Of a stretch of DNA of 64,000 bases, positions 7,354 to 15,266 are shown one piece after another (the stretch's first letter is position 1; the number at the start of each line of letters is the position of its first letter). Position numbers and translations under genes: made by a program. Origin of the DNA: Candidatus Sulfomarinibacteraceae bacterium. GTDB lineage: Bacteria > Acidobacteriota > Thermoanaerobaculia > Thermoanaerobaculales > Sulfomarinibacteraceae. The notes beneath the pieces were generated by a model. It saw only the letters and a program-made list of their open reading frames with translations. It made no database searches and was not told where the DNA came from. The stretch lies in contig CAWCLO010000001.1 of assembly GCA_963796455.1 (NCBI GenBank), positions 231,372-295,371 on the forward strand, in the 5' to 3' direction.

Positions 7354-8286
7354 TCAGTCGGCAAGACGCAACAGCGCGCTGTCAAGGTCGTCCAGGCCGG
7401 CCGTAATATCGACCCCCTCCGGCAGCCCTTGAAGCGTCGGGGCGCCGGCGCCCCCGAGCCACAGCTTGATTGCTGAAGGGAGACCCGCACGCAGGGTCGT
7501 CACCTCACGGACCGTCTCGTCCGGATTGGCAAAAAGACTGACCGATAATCCCACCGCCGCGGCATCAAACGCCTCCGCCGCCTTGATGATCTCGTCAACG
7601 GGCAGGTGCGGTCCCAGGACCCGGACGGCACGCCCGGAGGCCACGATAGCCAATGCGGCGACCTGCAGGCCGAGGCCATGGAACTCATTCGGAAGGCTGG
7701 TAATCGCCACCGGCCGCCCCTGCGCAGCCTCGTTCAACGGTTCTCTCAGCGTTCGGAGCTGATCCTCGAGCACCTCGGAAAAGAAGTGCTCGTGGCGGAT
7801 CTGGATGTCGCCCCGCCCCCACGCCTCACCAACCTCGAGGAGGAGGGGCGCAACCCGCTCGCGCAAATACCTCGGGAGCCCGAGGATGGCCGCTTCGCGG
7901 CGCAGCAGGGCCGCCAGGCCCTTGCGGTCGAATCTCCGGCAGGCGTCAAAGGCCAGGGCCGAAATATCCTCACCGCTTCCGGCAGCAGAATAGGTCTCGA
8001 GGACACCGGCCGTCTTCAACAGACCTTCAAGGTCATCCAGGGGCATTGGAACGATATCGCCGGCGCGATAGCCGGAGTCCAGGGCCTTCGAGATTATCAG
8101 CAGGTGTCGTACCTGATCGCCCGTATACCTGCGATGGCCCGAGGCCAGACGCTGCGGTTTTGGGAACCCGAATCGACGCTCCCACGCACGCAACGTGTGT
8201 TCGCCGATGCCGGTTCGCCGGGTCACCGCGCCCATGGGCCACAACTGCTCTCCCGAATCGACGTTTCCCTTCAACTCACCAATCAT
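7354..8286 (-). CDS. carH: CarH/LitR-type MerR-family regulator with a cobalamin-binding domain (putative B12-dependent photoreceptor)
   Basis: The N-terminus is a MerR HTH (VTRRTGIGEHTLRAWERRFGFP). It carries the W-x9-E-H motif (WGRGDIQIRHEH) and the B12-binding signature ExHxxG...SxL...GG (NEFHGLG, SVSL, LGGAG). The start may be M18, at 8235. Confidence 0.8.
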   Translation of the reverse strand: MIGELKGNVDSGEQLWPMGAVTRRTGIGEHTLRAWERRFGFPKPQRLASGHRRYTGDQVRHLLIISKALDSGYRAGDIVPMPLDDLEGLLKTAGVLETYSAAGSGEDISALAFDACRRFDRKGLAALLRREAAILGLPRYLRERVAPLLLEVGEAWGRGDIQIRHEHFFSEVLEDQLRTLREPLNEAAQGRPVAITSLPNEFHGLGLQVAALAIVASGRAVRVLGPHLPVDEIIKAAEAFDAAAVGLSVSLFANPDETVREVTTLRAGLPSAIKLWLGGAGAPTLQGLPEGVDITAGLDDLDSALLRLAD

Positions 8287-8379
8287 GCTCGCAAACCTCC
8301 GGCTGTATGCCTTCGTCGATCCAGTTGGCCCGGGTCATCCCTCTGCAGATTATCAAAACCTCGAGTCTGTAACGGCGCC

Positions 8380-8757
8380 TCACGCCGCGTTCTCGTGCCG
8401 CACGAGAGCCGTCTGATAGGCGTCGACAACCGAATCGGCGCTGATCTCGCCGGCTTCGGCGAAGAGACTCCAGTCGCCGCTCGATCCAAGACCGGTCGAG
8501 GGGTCCAGGACACGTTCGTCGGCCGCGACCACCACGGCCGCTTCACAACCCGCAAATCGGGCGGCCGCCAAAGCGTCAGAAACGGTCGGAGACGCTCCGG
8601 AGGACAATGCATAGTTCACGTGGACGCCTTCGAGCTCCTCCTCCACCTTGCGAACCAGACGATGCACGGTCGGGTTGAAAAGGCCCTTCACCCCGATCGG
8701 GAAGACAATGACGAGACCGGTGGGCCGCGTTGCCGAAACCTTATCGAAGATCTTCAT
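8380..8757 (-). CDS. hypothetical alpha/beta protein (weak CbiX-like pattern, no HGS motif)
   Basis: I chose the start at M49 of ORF 8380..8901 because it gives an ATGA overlap with the upstream stop. The pattern GLVIVFPIG...VHVNYALSSGASPTVSDALAAARFAGCEAAVVV only loosely resembles small CbiX chelatases. Confidence 0.5.
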   Translation of the reverse strand: MKIFDKVSATRPTGLVIVFPIGVKGLFNPTVHRLVRKVEEELEGVHVNYALSSGASPTVSDALAAARFAGCEAAVVVAADERVLDPSTGLGSSGDWSLFAEAGEISADSVVDAYQTALVRHENAA

Positions 8758-9257
8758 GAGTCGCCTCCAATCGCTGTCGTAGTCAACAAACCGCATCTTC
8801 TCTTCGACACCTCGTTCTTTCCCTCGAGCGCGCGACGGGTTACCAGATGCCGCCAGAGAAAAAGACCACGAAGAAACGGACGACACAGCCAGACAGGACA
8901 CCCTGCTGGAGGAAGAAACCAGATAGTGTCAGTCAGTCGAGAGGAATCTGCTCCCGTCTCTTCAACAACGTGTTGGTGGGCCCAGAAACGAAATGGCCCC
9001 TCGAGCGCGACGTCGGTGAAGCTTCTACCGTCTTCGATCGCGCCATGAAGGGCGACCCATTTTTGGCGCAGAGGCCAGCGGCCGACCCGAAACTCGACGA
9101 CGGAACCATCACTGACCCCGTTGCCCCGGTCGACGACTTCGAATCCAAAAAGGCTTGGAGAAAGAAGATCGATCGCATCCCGCCGCATGTGAAACGCCCA
9201 CAGAATTTCGGCGGGGACCGAAAAACTCGACATATGCTGGAATCGAATCGCGTCCAT
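8754..9257 (-). CDS. SRPBCC (START/cyclase-dehydrase-like) family protein
   Basis: 167-aa ORF. Its core (GPFRFWAHQHVV) parallels the core of ORF 12329..12784 (GPYRLWRHEHLF). It is the first gene of the minus-strand operon that ends with carH. Confidence 0.65.
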   Translation of the reverse strand: MDAIRFQHMSSFSVPAEILWAFHMRRDAIDLLSPSLFGFEVVDRGNGVSDGSVVEFRVGRWPLRQKWVALHGAIEDGRSFTDVALEGPFRFWAHQHVVEETGADSSRLTDTIWFLPPAGCPVWLCRPFLRGLFLWRHLVTRRALEGKNEVSKRRCGLLTTTAIGGDS

Positions 9258-9300
9258 GTCGCCTCCCCGCGCCGCAGATTTCCGACGCTCGTACGGTGAA

Positions 9301-9327
9301 CTTTCTAGATTTCTATATTATTTCCAG
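9301..9327 (-). promoter_or_regulatory. AT-rich shared motif TGGAA-N12-TCTAGA upstream of the SRPBCC-carH operon
   Basis: The minus strand reads TGGAAATAATATAGAAATCTAGAAAG about 46 nt upstream of the ATG at 9257. The same motif with identical spacing lies at 12811-12833. This is an AT-rich island in a GC-rich window. Confidence 0.35.
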
Positions 9328-9435
9328 ATTTTCTTGGTCTAAATCTAACCCTCTGGAATATTTGGCTCCCCAGCCCCGCTCACCCTCGCGCCCGCAGGAA
9401 TAATTCGGGAGTACGATGACGTGGAGGTTTTCCAG

Positions 9436-10917
9436 ATGCAAAAAATTTCTTCGAGCGTCCCCGACATGCGTGTCCGGAGGGTCAACAACGCAGTCGTCCA
9501 GGCGGATGGGGTCCGGATCGTGTATTGGATGACCGCCGCCCGCAGGACCCGTTTTAATTTTGCTCTGCAACGCGCCGCCGACTGGTCCCGCCAGCTGGGC
9601 AAACCCCTCGTGATCCTCGAGGCGCTTCGTTGCGACTATCCGTGGGCCAGTGACCGCCTCCATCGGTTCATCATCGAAGGCATGAGCGACAACTCGTTCG
9701 CCCTCGATGGCACCGATGCGACGTACTTTCCCTATATCGAGTTGTCCGCCGGAGCCGGGAGCGGCCTGCTCGAAGCGATCTCCGAGAATGCGGCCGTCGT
9801 GGTGACCGATGACTTTCCAACCTTCTTCCTGCCGAAGATGACCGCGGCGGCGGGCTCCAGGCTGCCGGTCCTGCTCGAGGCCGTCGACGGGAATGGGTTA
9901 CTGCCGATGGCGGCGGCGGACCGCGAGTTTGCCACCGCCTACTCCTTTCGGAGGTTTCTGCAAAAGAACCTCCTGGCGCACGTCGACCACATCCCGCTCG
10001 AGAATCCTCTCGCGGAATCACTCCCGAAGCCTCTCCCCCTTCCGGCCCAAATCACCCGGAAATGGCCTCAATCAGCAGACCTGCTGGTTTTGGGCGACAC
10101 CGTTGCGCTCGCCGGCCTACCCATCGACCACACGGTCGTCGAGGCACCGCTGCGAGGTGGTTCGCGGGCAGCCGAGGCTGTGTTGCGGGAGTTCATCGAC
10201 GACCGGCTCACTTCCTATAACAGTGATCGAAACCGCCCCGAGGCGAAAGGATCGAGCGGGCTCTCCCCCTACCTCCACTTCGGCCATATCTCGACCCACC
10301 AGATCTTTCTCGAGACCATTCGGCGGGAAAGGTGGAGTTCCGAAGATCTTGTCCCCCCCGCAAACGGCCGTCGGGCGGGGTGGTGGGGGCTGAGCGAAAA
10401 CGCGGAGGCATTTCTCGATCAGGTCGTCACCTGGCGAGAACTCGGGTTCAACTTCTGCTCAAAACGGACCGATCACGATCGGTGGGAGTCGCTCCCCGAT
10501 TGGGCGCAACGCACCCTCACCGAGCACGCGATCGACACCCGTGAGCACCTCTATACCCTTGAACAATTCACCGCGGCGGCCACTCACGACCCGTTGTGGA
10601 ATGCCGCCCAGAACCAACTGATTCGAGAAGGCACCATCCACAACTATCTCCGGATGCTGTGGGGCAAAAAGATCCTCGAATGGACGCGAGAACCTCGCGA
10701 AGCGCTCGCAATCATGATCGAACTCAACAACCGCTATGCCCTCGACGGTCGCGACCCGAATTCCTACACCGGCATCTTCTGGGTTCTCGGCCGCCACGAT
10801 CGGCCCTGGGGGCCCGAGCGGCCGATTTTCGGCAAGGTCCGGTATATGACCTCCGCCAACACGGCCCGCAAATTTCCAGTCAAAAAATACATTCAACGCT
10901 ACGGAGAAAACCGATGA
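9436..10917 (+). CDS. phr: deoxyribodipyrimidine photolyase (class II-like)
   Basis: Photolyase hallmarks: VYWM...RFNFAL near the N-terminus and HNYLRMLWGKKILEW plus WGP...FGKVRYM in the FAD domain. ATG at 9436 lies 8 nt after GGAGG. The ORF track starts at 9421. Confidence 0.85.
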   Translation: MQKISSSVPDMRVRRVNNAVVQADGVRIVYWMTAARRTRFNFALQRAADWSRQLGKPLVILEALRCDYPWASDRLHRFIIEGMSDNSFALDGTDATYFPYIELSAGAGSGLLEAISENAAVVVTDDFPTFFLPKMTAAAGSRLPVLLEAVDGNGLLPMAAADREFATAYSFRRFLQKNLLAHVDHIPLENPLAESLPKPLPLPAQITRKWPQSADLLVLGDTVALAGLPIDHTVVEAPLRGGSRAAEAVLREFIDDRLTSYNSDRNRPEAKGSSGLSPYLHFGHISTHQIFLETIRRERWSSEDLVPPANGRRAGWWGLSENAEAFLDQVVTWRELGFNFCSKRTDHDRWESLPDWAQRTLTEHAIDTREHLYTLEQFTAAATHDPLWNAAQNQLIREGTIHNYLRMLWGKKILEWTREPREALAIMIELNNRYALDGRDPNSYTGIFWVLGRHDRPWGPERPIFGKVRYMTSANTARKFPVKKYIQRYGENR

Positions 10918-12332
10918 AGATCCTGGTCACCGGAGCAACCGGCTATATCGGCGGACGGCTCGTTCCGCTGCTCCTCGACATGGGCCACGAGGTCCGGGTC
11001 ATGGTCCGCGATCCGGCCCGGATCGCGGGACGTTCGTGGTCCTCCGAGGTCGAAGTGGTTCGAGGAGATGTGGAGGACCGAGCATCGCTTGCCGGTGCCC
11101 TTGCGGGCATCGACACCGCCTACTACCTCGTTCACCTGATGGGGACCGGCGGAGATTTTGTCAAGCGCGACCGGGCCGCGGCCGCCAACTTCGTGGATGC
11201 GGCGGACGGGGTATCGCACGTCATTTACCTGGGCGGACTCTTGCCTCAGGCGGAAGCGGTCTCCGATCATCTCTCGAGCCGCGCCGAGGTCGGCGAAATC
11301 CTCCGCGCCGGGTTGCCCGCAACCGAGTTTCGGGCCGGCCCGGTGATCGGCTCCGGGTCTGCCTCTTTCGAAATGGTGCGCTATCTCACCGAACGCCTTC
11401 CGGCGATGATTGCGCCGCGGTGGATCCTCAACACCGTGCAACCCATCGCCGTTCGCGACATCCTCCGCTATCTGCTCCAGGCCCTGGACCGCGGACCCTC
11501 CGGGGTCTACAACGTCGGCACCGATCCGCTGAGCTTCAAGGGCATGATGCAGGAATTCGCCTCGGTGCGTGGGCTACGGCGGCTCATCGTGCCCGTCCCA
11601 GTGCTCGCACCCCGCCTGGCGGCCCTCTGGGTCGGGCTGGTGACACCGATTTCGAACAGGCTCGCGGTTCCGCTCATCGAAGGGGTCGTCCACCCGGTGG
11701 TGGCGGACACCTCCCGCGCGAGGGCCGACTTCCCGGAGATCGAGCCGATGTCCTACCGCGAAGCGGTCGCCCGAGCTCTCCAGCAGACGACGGAGAACGC
11801 AGTCACTACGAGGTGGTCGGGAGCGCTGGGTCATGCGCCGGCCTTCGAGCTCACCCAGACCGAGGGTTCGATCAAAGAAACACGAAGTTATCGGGCAGCC
11901 GCAGATCAGGAGTCCACCTTCCGCGCCTTCGCGTCGCTCGGTGGCAAGAACGGCTGGCTCTTCTGGAACTGGGCCTGGTCCCTGCGCGGCCTCATGGACC
12001 AGATCGTAGGAGGCCCGGGACTGCGCCGGGGCCGCCGCCACCCAACCGAGATCGCGCCCGGCGACGCCATCGATTTCTGGCGGGTTGAGCGGGTCGAGGC
12101 TCCCCATCTCCTGCGGCTGCGAGCCGAGATGAAAGTCCCGGGCCGCGCCTGGCTTCAGTTGGAGGCGGTGCCCGAAGGGGACGGGACCCAGGTCATTCAG
12201 ACCGCCATATTCGAGCCCTTCGGCCTCGGTGGACAGCTCTACTGGAACCTGCTCTACCCGGTCCACAAGATCATGTTCTCCGGGCTTGTACGGGCCATCG
12301 CGGCCCGAGCCGAAGACGAGGCTCGATCATGA
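10914..12332 (+). CDS. SDR-family NAD(P)-binding protein with a C-terminal DUF2867-like domain
   Basis: MKILVTGATGYIGG Rossmann motif. The start makes an ATGA overlap with the photolyase stop. The ORF track's longer N-terminus (from 10596) is an out-of-gene extension. Confidence 0.8.
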   Translation: MKILVTGATGYIGGRLVPLLLDMGHEVRVMVRDPARIAGRSWSSEVEVVRGDVEDRASLAGALAGIDTAYYLVHLMGTGGDFVKRDRAAAANFVDAADGVSHVIYLGGLLPQAEAVSDHLSSRAEVGEILRAGLPATEFRAGPVIGSGSASFEMVRYLTERLPAMIAPRWILNTVQPIAVRDILRYLLQALDRGPSGVYNVGTDPLSFKGMMQEFASVRGLRRLIVPVPVLAPRLAALWVGLVTPISNRLAVPLIEGVVHPVVADTSRARADFPEIEPMSYREAVARALQQTTENAVTTRWSGALGHAPAFELTQTEGSIKETRSYRAAADQESTFRAFASLGGKNGWLFWNWAWSLRGLMDQIVGGPGLRRGRRHPTEIAPGDAIDFWRVERVEAPHLLRLRAEMKVPGRAWLQLEAVPEGDGTQVIQTAIFEPFGLGGQLYWNLLYPVHKIMFSGLVRAIAARAEDEARS

Positions 12333-12784
12333 AGACATTTAGCTACCGCGACGAGCTGACCCTGCACAAGCCCCTCGCGGAGGTCTTCGATTTCTTCGCC
12401 AGAGCCGCGAATCTCGAGCGCCTGACCCCTGACTGGCTCCGTTTCGAGATTCTCACCCCCGGGCCCATCGAGATGAAGGTCGGCGCCCAGATCGACTACC
12501 GAATCAAGTGGCGCGGCATTCCGATGCGTTGGCGGACTGAAATCGAGGCCTGGGATCCCCCGCGCAGGTTCGTCGACCGCCAACTCCGCGGACCCTATCG
12601 GCTATGGCGTCACGAGCACCTTTTTGAAACGCGCGGCTACGGCACCGCAGTCATCGATCAGGTCGAGTACGCACCATTCGGCGGAGCGATCGCCAACCGT
12701 CTGGCGGTGGCGCGAGACGTGCGGCGGATCTTCAGATACCGCCATCAAGCCCTTCAGCACATTTTTGATCGCACCTCAACATAA
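12329..12784 (+). CDS. SRPBCC family protein (paralog of 8754..9257)
   Basis: 151 aa, with an ATGA overlap onto the upstream gene. Contains GPYRLWRHEHLFE. Confidence 0.7.
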   Translation: MKTFSYRDELTLHKPLAEVFDFFARAANLERLTPDWLRFEILTPGPIEMKVGAQIDYRIKWRGIPMRWRTEIEAWDPPRRFVDRQLRGPYRLWRHEHLFETRGYGTAVIDQVEYAPFGGAIANRLAVARDVRRIFRYRHQALQHIFDRTST

Positions 12785-12810
12785 ATATAGAAAAAATATT
12801 TAAGGGATCG

Positions 12811-12833
12811 TGGAATAATAGAATTTTTCTAGA
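12811..12833 (+). promoter_or_regulatory. second copy of the TGGAA-N12-TCTAGA motif, upstream of the fasciclin gene
   Basis: TGGAATAATAGAATTTTTCTAGA lies about 57 nt upstream of the ATG at 12891, in an AT-rich spacer. Confidence 0.35.
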
Positions 12834-12890
12834 TATTCTCCCTGACACTGCCGGATTCCGGCACCGAAATCAACGACCGTGGAGGTCATC

Positions 12891-13397
12891 ATGAAGCGTC
12901 TTTTTGTTCTCGGTCTGGTTCTCACACTCGGTTCGGTCCCGGCATTTGCAGGCGGAGACTGCGGAAGCGCAGCAGCCCATGCGTCGAACACCGGAGATAT
13001 CGTTGCGACGGCTCAGTCTGCGGGCGATTTCAACACACTCATTGCGGCCGCGAAAGCTGCCGGTCTCGTTGACACCCTCCAGTCAGCCGGTCCTTTCACC
13101 GTCTTCGCGCCCACCGACGAGGCATTCGCCAAGCTGCCCGCAGGTACCGTCGAGCATTTGCTCGCCAATCCAGATCAGCTGCGCGAGATCTTGCTCTACC
13201 ACGTGGTCCCCGGTCGCGTGATGGCCGCCGATGTGGTCGGTCTCTCCTCGGCGACCACCGCCCAGGGATCCGACATCATGATCAAGCTCGCCGACGGCAG
13301 CGTGATGATCGACAACGCCACCGTCACGGCCACTGATATCGAAACCTCCAACGGCGTCATCCACGTCATCGACACCGTGATCCTTCCTCGCGGCTGA
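12891..13397 (+). CDS. fasciclin (FAS1) domain protein, secreted
   Basis: Signal peptide [20 protein letters not shown] and FAS1 motifs [11 protein letters not shown] and [13 protein letters not shown]. Confidence 0.85.
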   Translation: MKRLFVLGLVLTLGSVPAFAGGDCGSAAAHASNTGDIVATAQSAGDFNTLIAAAKAAGLVDTLQSAGPFTVFAPTDEAFAKLPAGTVEHLLANPDQLREILLYHVVPGRVMAADVVGLSSATTAQGSDIMIKLADGSVMIDNATVTATDIETSNGVIHVIDTVILPRG

Positions 13398-13440
13398 TTT
13401 CCCCCCGCGCCCGAAAACGCGCGATCAGCCGACCCTCCAA

Positions 13441-13471
13441 CGGCCCGCCCTCCTGGCGGGCCGTTTTTTTG
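13441..13471 (+). terminator. rho-independent terminator
   Basis: CGGCCCGCC-CTCCT-GGCGGGCCG followed by TTTTTTTG. Confidence 0.85.
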
Positions 13472-13646
13472 TCTGGTCCACCCATCCGATTCTCGATGCA
13501 CCATTCTCGATGACGTGTTGCAAACATCAATCCAGACTGCCGGGCTGAACGAGAATCGAATATCGAGCATCAAAACGCTTCCGTAAAATGAAGTCGCGAC
13601 GATTCCGCGCTAGACTCGGCAACCGAGATCAACCCGGAGGTGCCCA

Positions 13647-14918
13647 ATGCCCGTGACCCTCGCATCCAACGACCGCCAACAGCTGCTCGAACGCTTTCTC
13701 CGCTATGTGAAGATCGACACCCGATCCGATGAGAGCTCGAAATCGAGCCCGACGACCGAGAAACAGAAAGACCTCTCCCGGATGCTCGTCGACGAGCTCA
13801 AGGCCCTCGGCTGCGATGATGCCTTGATGAACGAGTGGGGATACGTTTTTGCCACCGTGCCCGGCAATCTTCCGGCCGATCATCCGGCCGCGGGTTCAGT
13901 GCCCACGATTGGTCTCATCGCTCACGTCGACACCTATTTCGGAACTTCGGGCAAGGACGTCAAACCCCAGATTATCGAGGGTTACGACGGCAGCGATATC
14001 GAACTCAACCCCGAACAGGTGCTCAAGGTGGCGGACAACCCCAATCTCTCCAAATGCGTGGGCGACACACTCATCCACACCGACGGCACGACCCTCCTCG
14101 GCGCCGACGACAAGGCCGGTGTAGCCGAGATCATGACCGCCGTCGCCTGGATGAAGGATCACCCCGAATTCATCCACGGTCCGGTCCGGATCGCCTTCAC
14201 CACCGACGAAGAGGTCGGCCGAGGGACCGAGCATTTTGATGTCGAAACCTTTGCCGCCGACTATGCCTACACCCTCGACGGATCCGACCTCGGCGAGATC
14301 GAAGACGAGACTTTCTGCGCCGACACCGCCAACGTGACAGTGATCGGTCATGATGTCCACCCGGGTTATGCCAAAAATAAACTGGTCAACGCCCTCCGGG
14401 TGACGGCCGCCATCATCGAGGGCATCGGCGACGAACTGCTGCCGGAGTCGACCGAGGGACGCGAGCCGTACCTCCACCCCTATATCGCATCGGGGGACGT
14501 CACGAAGGTCGAGCTCAAGGTCCTCGTCCGGGCCTTCTCGAATGAAAAACTCCACGAGCGTGAGGATTTTCTTCGGTCGGTAGTGGCGGATGTGGAAAAA
14601 CGATTCCCGAAGGCCAAGATCTCGATTGCAATCGAGGAGTCCTACCGCAACATGGCCTACAAGATCCGCGAGGACTCCAAAGTGTTGGAATACGCCCTCG
14701 AGGCTGTGGAACGCATCGGCGTCAAACCCATCAGACAGGCGATTCGCGGCGGAACCGATGGCGCCCGCCTCTCCTACATGGGTCTCCTGACACCCAACGT
14801 CTGGGCCGGCGGGCAGAACTTTCACTCGGTCCGCGAATGGGTCTCGTTGGAATGGATGGAAAAGGCCGTCGAGGGGACGCTCGAGATTCTCAGCGTGTGG
14901 GTGGAAAAGTCGGCCTGA
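13647..14918 (+). CDS. pepT: peptidase T (tripeptide aminopeptidase, M20B)
   Basis: LLERFLRYVKIDTRSDE at the N-terminus, HVDT, and GADDKAGVAEIM. The length is typical at 423 aa. Confidence 0.9.
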   Translation: MPVTLASNDRQQLLERFLRYVKIDTRSDESSKSSPTTEKQKDLSRMLVDELKALGCDDALMNEWGYVFATVPGNLPADHPAAGSVPTIGLIAHVDTYFGTSGKDVKPQIIEGYDGSDIELNPEQVLKVADNPNLSKCVGDTLIHTDGTTLLGADDKAGVAEIMTAVAWMKDHPEFIHGPVRIAFTTDEEVGRGTEHFDVETFAADYAYTLDGSDLGEIEDETFCADTANVTVIGHDVHPGYAKNKLVNALRVTAAIIEGIGDELLPESTEGREPYLHPYIASGDVTKVELKVLVRAFSNEKLHEREDFLRSVVADVEKRFPKAKISIAIEESYRNMAYKIREDSKVLEYALEAVERIGVKPIRQAIRGGTDGARLSYMGLLTPNVWAGGQNFHSVREWVSLEWMEKAVEGTLEILSVWVEKSA

Positions 14919-14960
14919 CCCGCGCCCTCGTTCGAGTCAGGGTCCGCACCCCGAATCGAG

Positions 14961-15266
14961 GTGCACGTGTCTGAAGACTTCCTTGCCACCATCGCACACG
15001 TCGAATGCCGCAGCGAAGGGCGGGGAGAAGAACACCCGATCGCGGTGATCATCGGCGAGCAACGATTTGCCATCGTCGATATCCTCGATCGCGCAATGAT
15101 TACGAGCGTCGAAGCCGGGGATCCGGTGCGCCATCGACTGTGGGTCGAGATCGCGGATGGGAGACGGTGCGAGTTGGTGCGGACCTTGCCAACGGGAAAG
15201 TGGAGAGTCCGGATGGAAGCTCGATCGGATGCGAGCGATGACGCGGGCGGGGAACCAGGGTCTTGA
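14961..15266 (+). CDS. hypothetical protein
   Basis: 101-aa ORF with a GTG start in an otherwise unassigned gap. I recognise no motif. Confidence 0.3.
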   Translation: MHVSEDFLATIAHVECRSEGRGEEHPIAVIIGEQRFAIVDILDRAMITSVEAGDPVRHRLWVEIADGRRCELVRTLPTGKWRVRMEARSDASDDAGGEPGS

